Source of the DNA: Candidatus Bathyarchaeota archaeon
Lineage (GTDB): Archaea; Thermoproteota; Bathyarchaeia; Bathyarchaeales; Bathycorpusculaceae
DNA: 64,000 nucleotides
Reading direction: 5' to 3'
Assembly (NCBI GenBank): GCA_963815095.1
Contig: CAWFFH010000004.1
Coordinates: 96,001-160,000 of the forward strand
Shown here: piece by piece, positions 50,708 to 59,986 of the stretch
How the letters are laid out: the number at the start of each line of letters is the position of its first letter
Numbering within the stretch: the first letter of the stretch is position 1
Made by a program: the position numbers and the translations under genes
Notes under the pieces: generated by a model
Seen by the model: the letters and a program-made list of their open reading frames with translations, nothing else
The model's database searches: none
Told to the model about the DNA's origin: nothing

Positions 50708-51266
50708 CAGCTCAATACTCTACCTACGATTTCTCACCAAAAGCAGTCAGTTAAACGTTTTCTTCATACGCTTGAGTATGGGCTTTAACCCTGAATTTTA
50801 TGAGTTTTTGAACTCAATTTTAAAATTTGCGATGGAACTGAGCAATATTTTGAACATTTTTTGGGTTTCTTGTTTGCTCATTTTACGTATCGTCTTCTAT
50901 TCCTTCTAAATCGAATTCCTCATTTATTTTTTCTGTTTCGTCTTACTCTTATATAGTCTCTTCTAAATCTTCATTCTTGTTTTGTTCTTCAAAAGCTTTC
51001 TTTCGTTGTTCGCTCTCTGTTTTCTGTTGGTTTGGCTATATTTTTGACTCTGGGATTGTTTCGGGCATAAGGAATAGACTGCAAGATTTTAAAATCTATA
51101 GCAAATCTCAGGTTGTCTTTTCTTTGCTGTCCTCTGGTTTTTTCCTATTGGAGGTGAGACGTTAAACGTTAGTTGCTGAATGTTGAAGAATGACCCAATA
51201 TATGGCTCATTTCCGTTGACTATTCTTAAATATAACTGCATAAACTACATTGGTAAGGTCGGAATC

Positions 51267-51668
51267 ATGGGAGAGCAAAAGTTAAAGGTAACTTTGCTTA
51301 CAGGTCGCACAATTGAGCAAGGAGTCGGCAAAGAGAAAGGTAAAGCCTCAAAAGAGTACTTTGATGCTTGTTCAATGTGCTACATGGACGCAGACGACAT
51401 GAAGAAGCTTGGCGTAAAAACTAACACTAACATTTTAGTATCTACCCCTGACGGCTCGGTCGTTCTTAAAGCCGTAAAATACCCTCGTTCCGCAACTCCT
51501 GGTTTAATTTACATTCCTTATGGACCATGGGCGAATGCTATCTGTAGCAACAAAACCACCAGCATTGGTATGCCATCGTTTAAAGGCACTCCAGCTGAAG
51601 TTGAAGCGGCACCTAACCTGCCAGTTTTAACTATTGAAGAGCTTCTGAAGAAAGAATTTGGAAGGTAA
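51267..51668 (+). CDS. fwdD: Formylmethanofuran dehydrogenase subunit D
   Basis: LLTGRTIEQG, IPYGPWAN, GMPSFKG. Confidence 0.92.
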   Translation: MGEQKLKVTLLTGRTIEQGVGKEKGKASKEYFDACSMCYMDADDMKKLGVKTNTNILVSTPDGSVVLKAVKYPRSATPGLIYIPYGPWANAICSNKTTSIGMPSFKGTPAEVEAAPNLPVLTIEELLKKEFGR

Positions 51669-51673
51669 CAAAA

Positions 51674-53146
51674 ATGACGATAATTAATTCTGTAACGTGT
51701 CCAATTTGCGGTTGCTTATGTGACGATATCGAAGTCACAGTTGAAAATAATGAAGTTGTTAAAGTGAAAAACGGATGCGCTATCTGTGAGTCAAAATTTT
51801 TAGGTTTCTGCGGCGAACACAGAGTCCAAACACCGCTAATGAGAAAAGACGGAAAACTTGTGCCAGTTTCCATGAATGAGGCAGTTCATGCTGCTGCCGA
51901 AGTTTTGGCAAATGCTACTTATCCAATTCTTTATGGTTGGAGCTCAACTAGTTCAGAGGCTCAACGTGTCGGAGTAGAATTAACTGAAGAAGTCGGCGGT
52001 GTAATGGATAACACAGCGGTTGTCTGTCATGGGCCATCTATTTTGGGTGTTCAAGAAGTAGGCATTCCAACCTGCACTTTAGGACAGATTCGTCACCGAG
52101 CAGACTTAATTATTTACTGGGGCTGCGACCCGTGGAGCGCACATCCCAGACACCTTGAAAGATATACCAGCTTCACCGAAGGCCGCTTTGAGAAAAGCGA
52201 ATGGAAAGCATACATGCAAAAACTCAAATCTCAAGCTGGCCAAAAGAAAATGCAGAGCGCTATGCGAATTGAAGTTTCTAACCCTCAGATAAGACCTCAA
52301 ACATGTACTATTCCAGGCATGCCTCAAGCTATGAATAAAGAGGGACGAAAACTAATCGTTGTCGATGTAAGGAAAACCATGTCTGCTGAAATGGCTGATT
52401 ATTTTATTCAAGTAGAACCCAACAAAGACTACGAATTAATGCAGGCTATCCGAGTTTTAGTCACAGATGGAGAACTCGACGTAGACACGGTTGCAGGTGT
52501 TCCTGTAGAATACCTAAAACAAGTCGCTGATGCCTTGGTAAACTGCGAGTTTGGCGTAATTTTCTTCGGCATGGGCTTAACTCAAACCGCAGGCAAATTC
52601 CGCAACATCGAAGTTGCAATCCAACTGGTTCGCGACTTAAATGCAAAAACAAAATTCACAATCATGCCTATGAGGGGCCATTTCAACGTTACAGGTGCAG
52701 ATGTGGTTTCAGCTTGGCAAAGCGGCTACCCATACGGAGTTGACTTCTCATTGGGTTATCCACGCTATAATCCAGGCGAAACAACCTGTACAGACGTACT
52801 TTTCCGTGAAGAAAACGATGCTACATTGGTTATAGCCGCAGATCCGGGTTCAAACTTCCCCAAAAAAGCTGTTCAAAACATGGTTAAACACCCATTAATT
52901 GTGATTGACCCACACATGAATGCAACCTCAATGATAGGTGACATTGTATTTCCAACTGCGTTTGTCGGCATAGAAGTTGAAGGAACCGCATACCGCATGG
53001 ATCATGTGCCGTTGCCGCTGAAAAAGGTAGTTGAACCACCAAAAGGTATATTCTCAGATGAAGAAATACTAACAAAAATCTTAGCAGAGGTTAAAGCTAT
53101 AAAATCTAAAAAGATCAAAAAAGCCGTTAAGAAAACGGAGGCTTAA
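51674..53146 (+). CDS. fwdB: Formylmethanofuran dehydrogenase subunit B (Cys ligand)
   Basis: CPICGCLCDD, VCHGP, PMRGHFNV, EGTAYRMD. Confidence 0.94.
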   Translation: MTIINSVTCPICGCLCDDIEVTVENNEVVKVKNGCAICESKFLGFCGEHRVQTPLMRKDGKLVPVSMNEAVHAAAEVLANATYPILYGWSSTSSEAQRVGVELTEEVGGVMDNTAVVCHGPSILGVQEVGIPTCTLGQIRHRADLIIYWGCDPWSAHPRHLERYTSFTEGRFEKSEWKAYMQKLKSQAGQKKMQSAMRIEVSNPQIRPQTCTIPGMPQAMNKEGRKLIVVDVRKTMSAEMADYFIQVEPNKDYELMQAIRVLVTDGELDVDTVAGVPVEYLKQVADALVNCEFGVIFFGMGLTQTAGKFRNIEVAIQLVRDLNAKTKFTIMPMRGHFNVTGADVVSAWQSGYPYGVDFSLGYPRYNPGETTCTDVLFREENDATLVIAADPGSNFPKKAVQNMVKHPLIVIDPHMNATSMIGDIVFPTAFVGIEVEGTAYRMDHVPLPLKKVVEPPKGIFSDEEILTKILAEVKAIKSKKIKKAVKKTEA

Positions 53147-53148
53147 AA

Positions 53149-54840
53149 ATGACTGAAATGATAATAAAAAACGGTTTCGTCTTTGACCCGATAAATGGGA
53201 TTAACGGCGAAAAAATGGATATAGCCATTAAAAACGGAAAAATCGTTGAAAAGGTTAGTCGCAAAGCTCAAGTGATCGATGCATCTGGCTTAACAGTTAT
53301 GCCTGGCGGCGTTGACATTCATACTCATATTGCAGGTGGGGAAGTAAACACTGGAAGAATGGTCCGACCTGAAGACCACATTAAAGACGTCGTAAGTAAA
53401 ACTGCTATGACACGTTCGGGAACAGGTTACTCGATACCATCTACATTCGTTACTGGATACCGATATTCAAAGATGGGTTACACCACTGTGATGAACCCTT
53501 CTATGGCGCCTCTTGAGGCAAAACACACTCATGAAGAATTAAATGACATACCTCTCTTAGACAAAGCTACCTATCCGTTATTGGGTGACTGGTGGTTTGT
53601 ACTAGAAAACCTCGCCAAAGGCAACATTGAAGAATGTGCAAGACACGTCGCATGGATGATGGATATAACCAAAGGTTACGCAATAAAAATCGTTAACCCT
53701 GGCGGCTTAGAATCTTGGGGGTTCGGACATAACGTTCACAGCATCGATGACCAAGTGCCCAACTTCTGCATTACCCCACGAGAAATCATTGTTGGTCTTG
53801 CAAAAGTTAATTCGATGCTTAACCTGCCCCATTCAATTCACCTTCACACAAACAACCTGGGATTGCCTGGAAATTACACTACAACCTTGGACTCAATGAA
53901 AGCGCTGGAAAGCGTGCCTTACAATGGCAAACCAGTCGGGCACATTACTCACTTGCAATTCGCCAGTTTCGGTGGCGATGGCTGGGGCAACATGAAGTCA
54001 GCTGCCGAAGAAATCTCGAGTTATATCAATGCTCACAATCACATGACATTCGACATGGGTCAAGTCATATTCACTGACACCACTACCATGACTGCAGATG
54101 GTCCATTTGAGTTTACTCTATACCAGCTCAGTGGACACAAATGGGTCAACAGCGACGTTGAAACCGAAACAAGTGGCGGAATCATACCCTTCCACTACAA
54201 AAAGAACAATGCCGTCAACGCAAAACAATGGTCAATCGGTTTAGAATTAGCCTTACTAATCAAAGACCCGTGGAAAATGTTCCTCTCAACTGATCACCCT
54301 AACGGTGGACCTTTCTTCGCTTACCCAAGAGTTCTTGCCTGGTTATACAGCAAGAACGCACGTGCAGCAACCCTAAATCATTGCCACAAGAAAGCTCAAA
54401 GAGCAAGTCTGTTGCCATCAATCGACCGCGAACTAACACTCTACGAATTAGCTATTATGACCCGAGCTGGACAAGCCAAAGCTTTGGGGCTCAAAAATAA
54501 AGGTCACCTTGGTGTTGGCGCTGATGCTGATGTTGCAATTTATGCTATTAACCCTGAAACAACCGACATAGCCCGTAAATACAAGACTGTGCGCAGAGCC
54601 TTCAAACATACAGCTTATACGATTAAAGACGGACAAATCGTAGTTAAAGATGGCGAAGTAGTGGGGCAAGCTGACGGAAGAACCATGTGGCTTAATATCC
54701 AAACAAAAGAGCCTTGCAAAATTGACGACGAAATGAAGAACAAATTCAAGCAATACTGGTCTGTTGATTACGATAACTATCCGGTGTCTGATCACTACGT
54801 GAAAGTTAAAGATCCAATAACTGTAAAGGCGAGCGTTTAA
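53149..54840 (+). CDS. fwdA: Formylmethanofuran dehydrogenase subunit A
   Basis: GGVDIHTHIAG, KIVNPGG, HLHTNNLG.PGN, STDHPNGG. Confidence 0.95.
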   Translation: MTEMIIKNGFVFDPINGINGEKMDIAIKNGKIVEKVSRKAQVIDASGLTVMPGGVDIHTHIAGGEVNTGRMVRPEDHIKDVVSKTAMTRSGTGYSIPSTFVTGYRYSKMGYTTVMNPSMAPLEAKHTHEELNDIPLLDKATYPLLGDWWFVLENLAKGNIEECARHVAWMMDITKGYAIKIVNPGGLESWGFGHNVHSIDDQVPNFCITPREIIVGLAKVNSMLNLPHSIHLHTNNLGLPGNYTTTLDSMKALESVPYNGKPVGHITHLQFASFGGDGWGNMKSAAEEISSYINAHNHMTFDMGQVIFTDTTTMTADGPFEFTLYQLSGHKWVNSDVETETSGGIIPFHYKKNNAVNAKQWSIGLELALLIKDPWKMFLSTDHPNGGPFFAYPRVLAWLYSKNARAATLNHCHKKAQRASLLPSIDRELTLYELAIMTRAGQAKALGLKNKGHLGVGADADVAIYAINPETTDIARKYKTVRRAFKHTAYTIKDGQIVVKDGEVVGQADGRTMWLNIQTKEPCKIDDEMKNKFKQYWSVDYDNYPVSDHYVKVKDPITVKASV

Positions 54841-54841
54841 A

Positions 54842-55657
54842 ATGATAGTCTTAACGCCACTCAAAAAATTCACTTTTCCTGTCACAGCTGAATGCATAAA
54901 CCCAGACATATTCCAAGGTAAGACCACGGCTGAGATAGCAAACCTAACCATTTTTGAAGGTAACAAACAGAAAAAACTGAGTGACCTCTTCAAAATAGAA
55001 GAAGACAACGCTGCAACCCCGAACATAACCATAAACGGCGATGTAAACGAAGTCCGCAAAATAGCCGCAAGTATGAAAACCGGCGAAATCGTCATCAACG
55101 GCAACGTTGGAATGCATCTAGGCGAGAAAATGGCAGGCGGCAAAATCACAGTGAACGGGGACGTATGCCAATGGGCAGGCGCCTCAATGAAAAAAGGCTT
55201 AATCGAAATCCATGGTAACGCAGGTGACTACTTAGCCTCTCCTTATCGCGGAAGCACCGAAGGGATGAAAGGTGGCAAGATAGTTGTAGATGGAGATGTT
55301 GGAAATGATTCAGGCGCTTACCTACACGGTGGATTAATCAAAATAAAAGGTAACAACGTCGGCCAATTCTTGGGATACCACATGAGTGACGGAACAATTC
55401 ATGTTGAAAAGGGTGCTCGCTCAAGAATAGGTGCTAACATGACTGGCGGAAAAATAATTGTTTCAGGTGTTGTGGAAGAAATATTGCCCAGCTTTACCAT
55501 CGACAGCGTAAAGCCCAAAGTCAAAGTTGACGATACTGAATCAGCGGCTGGACCATTCTACCTATTCCTCGGTGACTTAGCAGAGCATGGAACAGGCAAA
55601 ATCTTTGTATATAAAGCCAACAATCCACAATTGAAATTTTATGAAAAATACCTCTAA
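54842..55657 (+). CDS. fwdC: Formylmethanofuran dehydrogenase subunit C
   Basis: AECINPD, repeated M.GG.I.V.G (GXGXG beta-helix), F.GDLAE.G.G. Confidence 0.94.
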   Translation: MIVLTPLKKFTFPVTAECINPDIFQGKTTAEIANLTIFEGNKQKKLSDLFKIEEDNAATPNITINGDVNEVRKIAASMKTGEIVINGNVGMHLGEKMAGGKITVNGDVCQWAGASMKKGLIEIHGNAGDYLASPYRGSTEGMKGGKIVVDGDVGNDSGAYLHGGLIKIKGNNVGQFLGYHMSDGTIHVEKGARSRIGANMTGGKIIVSGVVEEILPSFTIDSVKPKVKVDDTESAAGPFYLFLGDLAEHGTGKIFVYKANNPQLKFYEKYL

Positions 55658-55670
55658 TTTTTCTTTTTAT

Positions 55671-55913
55671 TTATTTTTGAAAGCTCTTCAAAACTTTTCT
55701 TTTATCCAAATAGCCTATGAGAATCACTATTAGGACTGCAAGCACGATTATCATTCCTATGGTTGAGATTATCGCGAGGTATATATCGATGTATATTTTT
55801 AGAACTATGTACCTGTAAAAATTGCTTGTTGCACCAAAAATAAAGAATGCTTCTAAAGCTAAAAGTCCTGTTACAGCTAAGCGGTCCTTAGTTTTTTGAT
55901 TTAATGGTGCTAT
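55671..55913 (-). CDS. 80-aa 2-TM membrane protein with apparent ATA start (not in ORF track)
   Basis: Open frame IAPLNQKTKDRLAVTGLLALEAFFIFG...IIVLAVLIVILIGYLDKRKVLKSFQK; AGGAG 9 nt upstream; in-frame TAG just before. Confidence 0.55.
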   Translation of the reverse strand: MAPLNQKTKDRLAVTGLLALEAFFIFGATSNFYRYIVLKIYIDIYLAIISTIGMIIVLAVLIVILIGYLDKRKVLKSFQK

Positions 55914-56142
55914 TTTTCTTTGCTCCTATGAGAACTGATCTTTCAAGTCGAATTTAGTCGTTGAATCCAGCGACAGGGATATATGCGAAGTTGGAGTTTT
56001 AAATTTTGTCTTATGTAGACGTGCTTGAAATGCATTGTGGACAATGTGCGAAAATTATTTTTGATTTTGACGGCTTTTAGGTAGCCGAATGCCTTATCAA
56101 CGGCGCTGGGTTCAAAACACAACAACACAAGAGGACAACATT

Positions 56143-56922
56143 ATGCGTCAAGTTGACATTGTAAAAATTGATTTGTCCACTGGAAAAGCCCTTAAAATAA
56201 TTGATTTCGTAGCAGAAGAAGTTCCGCTTCAATTATTTGTGAATACAACCTTTTGGGCAACCATCCTGTGTTCTCCCACCAACCTAAAAGAACTCGCAGT
56301 CGGGCACCTGCTTTCTGAAGGCATCCTCAAATCTATTGGCGAAATTGAGGAGGTTACCCTGAAAGAAAACACTTGTATCGTTAAACTCAAGCCGAACATA
56401 AAAGTTGAGGATAGGGTTCAGATTTCAAGGCTTCACGCACGTGTTATTGCGTCGGCTTGCGGAAGTGGCTCACCCTATCAATACAAAGGGGCAGTTCCCA
56501 AAGTTACATCAAATCTAACTATTCAAGCTCAAGTGATTTTTGATAGCGTTAACCAGCTTAACTTTAAAGCCGAAGGATTTAGGCAAACAGGGGGCTTACA
56601 TGTCGCCGCGATTTACAAGAGCGATGGTTCGCTGGTTTCGTTAGCTGAAGATGTAGGCAGACACAATGCTGTCGACAAAGTAATCGGAATGGCGGCGTTA
56701 GATAAAGTGGATTTTGGCGGGTGTTTTGTGGCTTTGAGTGGGCGTATTTCTGGTGATGTGTCCTTCAAGGCGGCGAAAGTCGGGTTGCCAATCGTGGCTT
56801 CTTTGGCTGCTGCACTTTCTTCAGGAATTGCTACAGCTGAAGAATCAAACGTAACTTTAGCCGGATTTGTTCGTGGAAAACGGTTAAACGTTTACACTGT
56901 TCCAGAGCGAATAATCATTTAG
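56143..56922 (+). CDS. fdhD: Formate dehydrogenase accessory sulfurtransferase
   Basis: EELVP-like AEEVPL, ACG, TGGLH.A, EDVGRHNAVDKVIG, SGRIS, GFVRG. Confidence 0.92.
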   Translation: MRQVDIVKIDLSTGKALKIIDFVAEEVPLQLFVNTTFWATILCSPTNLKELAVGHLLSEGILKSIGEIEEVTLKENTCIVKLKPNIKVEDRVQISRLHARVIASACGSGSPYQYKGAVPKVTSNLTIQAQVIFDSVNQLNFKAEGFRQTGGLHVAAIYKSDGSLVSLAEDVGRHNAVDKVIGMAALDKVDFGGCFVALSGRISGDVSFKAAKVGLPIVASLAAALSSGIATAEESNVTLAGFVRGKRLNVYTVPERIII

Positions 56923-57964
56923 ACGCCAGTTTCTCAATTTGCGATTCGCACCATAACTTATCTGCTCTCGCTCTTTCAGCCAATAAATAACAGCGATTTT
57001 CTCCGTAGATTTTAGTTTCAAAGCCATAGTTCTGGGCTGCTTTCAACAGAGCCTCTTTGATATCCTTAATTAATTCATCTCTACCCTGCTCAAAAAGGCT
57101 CAATAGACTTTTTGCCTCAAACTCTCTGCTTACGGCAGCCCAAAAGAACAATTTTTCTTTTTCCAATATAACCGCACAAGCTGAGAAAGTTTTTGATGCT
57201 TCCAAAAAATCAGATATATCTCTTTTCGAAATGCCCGCAAAAAGGCGTTGAATTTCTTCAATAGGCAGAGCCCCTAAATTTAGACGTATGTTTTCGACGA
57301 ATGGACCTTGCCTTTGACGTGGAATCAGCCTGCTTAAATCTTCTGGACAGTTAATGTTTACAAAACTGCGGAATTCAGGGTCTAACACCTTGATTTTGCC
57401 TAGTGGTGAGACAAATAGGGTTTGCATCGAGCCTCTTATGATGTCGTCAGGGTGCGAGCGCCCCAGTTGGGAGAGAACAGTTGCGATTTCCAAAGTTTTC
57501 TTTCTTTCTAAAACCATCAGAAGTGTTTCAAGTCTTCCATTGGGCCACATTGGAACCGCAGCTAGAGAACCGTTGATTTCGTCAAATAGGTATTGGGCTA
57601 CTTTTTTGTCAAGCATTGGGACGTCGCATGGAACGGTTATGCAATAATCAGCATTGGCAAATTTTAATCCAGTTAAAATCGCGATTAGGGGTCCGCTAAG
57701 GTTATTTACTTTTAGGTCGGTAACTATCTTTGGGTTTTGAATATTAAATTTTTGTAGAACTGAAGTGTACTGGGTTATTCTTGATTGGTTTTCATTGACA
57801 ACAATAACAATTTCGTCAACTGTATCATGCACGCTCTGGATCGCGTGAACCAGAAGAGGCTTCCCATCAAGCTCGGCAAGAGCCTTATCCTGCCACTTGT
57901 CTTGAGTGGTTTGGAATCTTTTGGCTTTTCCTCCCGCAAGGATGATTGCCGCACGCTTGGTCAT
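56915..57964 (-). CDS. mobA: Molybdenum cofactor guanylyltransferase with C-terminal extension
   Basis: ILAGGKAKRF..DKA, GPL..I.TGL, PCDVP, F.NIN.PEDL, then about 140 extra aa. Confidence 0.85.
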   Translation of the reverse strand: MTKRAAIILAGGKAKRFQTTQDKWQDKALAELDGKPLLVHAIQSVHDTVDEIVIVVNENQSRITQYTSVLQKFNIQNPKIVTDLKVNNLSGPLIAILTGLKFANADYCITVPCDVPMLDKKVAQYLFDEINGSLAAVPMWPNGRLETLLMVLERKKTLEIATVLSQLGRSHPDDIIRGSMQTLFVSPLGKIKVLDPEFRSFVNINCPEDLSRLIPRQRQGPFVENIRLNLGALPIEEIQRLFAGISKRDISDFLEASKTFSACAVILEKEKLFFWAAVSREFEAKSLLSLFEQGRDELIKDIKEALLKAAQNYGFETKIYGENRCYLLAERARADKLWCESQIEKLASK

Positions 57965-58020
57965 TTAATTATCTTGATAGTAGAAATCGGGGCGGTTTAT
58001 CTAATTTTCTTGATAATTAT

Positions 58021-58563
58021 TTATTTTTTGCTTGCTTTTAGGTGGTTTTTGACTATTTCCAAAAGCTTGGGTCCTTGGTCCGGCAAGTTAATGTAAGGTA
58101 TATCTGTTGTCGGCTGATTGGTTTTAGCGACTAAACCAGAAATTGCAAGAACAGGCGGGATTGTATTATTTAGTGTTTTTTGGAGGTCTTCAGAGGTTTT
58201 TGCGGTTATAATCTTTAGGATTTCTGGTCTTTTTGAGATTTCGCCTTTGAATCCTTCAATAAAAATAATGTCCAGTTTTTCGCTCTCTAATAATTTTATT
58301 ACTTTATCTAAGTCATTTAGAGAAGCTTTCGTTTTTTCTATTATTGCTATTTCTTCAGGTGAAATAGCGACGGTTATTTTTGATCCAGCTTTGCTGAATC
58401 TCCATGTGTTGGTGCCTTCTTTATCAATGGTAAAGCCTTCTCGGTGAATATGTTTTATTGCGCCAACGCGGTATCCTTCGATGCTGAGTTTTGAAATTAA
58501 GTATTCAAGTGTGGTAGTTTTCCCTGAACCACTTATTCCCACAGCAGCAATTACAGTAACCAT
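58021..58563 (-). CDS. mobB: Molybdopterin-guanine dinucleotide biosynthesis protein B
   Basis: GISGSGKTT, IKHIH, D.EG.NTWRF..AG, IEGFK. Confidence 0.9.
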   Translation of the reverse strand: MVTVIAAVGISGSGKTTTLEYLISKLSIEGYRVGAIKHIHREGFTIDKEGTNTWRFSKAGSKITVAISPEEIAIIEKTKASLNDLDKVIKLLESEKLDIIFIEGFKGEISKRPEILKIITAKTSEDLQKTLNNTIPPVLAISGLVAKTNQPTTDIPYINLPDQGPKLLEIVKNHLKASKK

Positions 58564-59022
58564 TTGAAATGAAGCCTCTTTAGAAGAACAATTTAGTGGG
58601 CTTTAATAAACTCGGCGATTAGCTCTCTGCATAATTTTCTCTAAAGCTCAAAAGGAGGCCAAAGCTGGACTAATTCGGGCAATCAAAATTGAAAAGGGGG
58701 GGGGCTCAACATCGGCTTCTATTTAATTTGTTAGAAGAAGGAGAACGGCTGTTTCTACAGGAAAAGTGTTCTTCTTCTTTCAAAGACTTATAGAACTAAC
58801 ATATATCCAAGATTAATATCGTGAGATAGAAGAAGATGATGTTGGTGATGATGAAACCACAACGATTTTGCACTTGCAAAAGTATCATCTATCAGAACCA
58901 GCCAAATTAAAGCATTAGTCTGAGCCTCTTGGTGCAAGAGACGTTGTTGTTGTTGCTGCAACTGAATTCTGCAAACGATGGGTTGCAATAACAACCAGAT
59001 TTAACCTAAAACTGGCTAAAGC

Positions 59023-59349
59023 CTATTCTGGGGCTTCAAGTTTAACCCAGATTTTTCCCGACTCAACCTTCCATTCAAACTTGGTTAATTTCATTAACGG
59101 TTCCTCTTCGTACTCGCCCGTTTCCAAGTTAAAACGCTTATCATGGCAGGGACAAACAATCACCAAGCCATCAAGAGTTCCGTTTGAGAAAGCGCATCCC
59201 TGATGTGGACAACGGTTGTCTATAGCGAAGATTTTGCCTTCCTGTTTAATGAATAAAATTGGTGTGCCTTCTACTGATACACGTTTCATTTTGCCTTCCT
59301 GCAACTCTCTTTCGTCTAAAACAGCCACAAACCCATCAGTGTTTTCCAA
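59023..59349 (-). CDS. Rieske [2Fe-2S] ferredoxin
   Basis: CPHQG and CPCH ligand motifs. Confidence 0.9.
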   Translation of the reverse strand: MENTDGFVAVLDERELQEGKMKRVSVEGTPILFIKQEGKIFAIDNRCPHQGCAFSNGTLDGLVIVCPCHDKRFNLETGEYEEEPLMKLTKFEWKVESGKIWVKLEAPE

Positions 59350-59460
59350 TTATAAAGCCTCCAATAATCGCTGATTTGATTAATTATAGAGAACAGAGAT
59401 TTAGAACTTGCTCTACTTTTTGTGAGTGTTACTTTTTAAGAATTATTTAATTTATTTTCG

Positions 59461-59703
59461 TTACAAGTGCCATGGAAATATATTTGGGTAGTAAATCAGG
59501 ATCACAATAACGATGAGTGCAGCTATCAAGATGCCTGTAACAATTCCCTTTTTTGCGTTAGTCGATAGAGTGATTTTTGATGATTTTTTGGGGCGCGTAT
59601 TTGCCTGAGAGAGGATCGGGTCTTTAGTGGACAACGATTTTCCACAGAATTCACAAAACAACAAATTATCCGCGTTATTTCTTCCGCAATGAGGACAAAA
59701 CAT
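59461..59703 (-). CDS. Zinc-ribbon protein with C-terminal TM helix
   Basis: FCPHCG..FCEFCG; hydrophobic C-terminus. Confidence 0.8.
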   Translation of the reverse strand: MFCPHCGRNNADNLLFCEFCGKSLSTKDPILSQANTRPKKSSKITLSTNAKKGIVTGILIAALIVIVILIYYPNIFPWHL

Positions 59704-59986
59704 GGCAATCTCGATCGTTTAATGAGTAGCGAGGGCAATAAAGTTTCCCTAATCAATTCTTTTCAATTAAGTCAGAAATATTCTTTTTGTGAACAGACTG
59801 TTCTCAGAAACAATAAACTTCAAAGACGCTGTGCCTATTCTAATATTCCAGTTGCCGCTGTTTCCATCTTCGCTTTTACCTGATGACTGCTGGTTTGCTA
59901 TATGCAACAACCAGAAAAAATGCACTCGTAATATTTTTGATGATTTATACTTTATATAGTCTTTTAGCGTACTTTGCGTTACGGTA

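Noticed and set aside
41799-51200. Provirus or integrative element at tRNA-Pro
   Set aside because: No integrase, viral genes or duplicated tRNA 3' end was seen.
51674-53146. Selenocysteine or intein in FwdB
   Set aside because: The ligand codon is TGT (VCHGP) and there is no in-frame TGA. The insert lacks C/S...HN intein ends.
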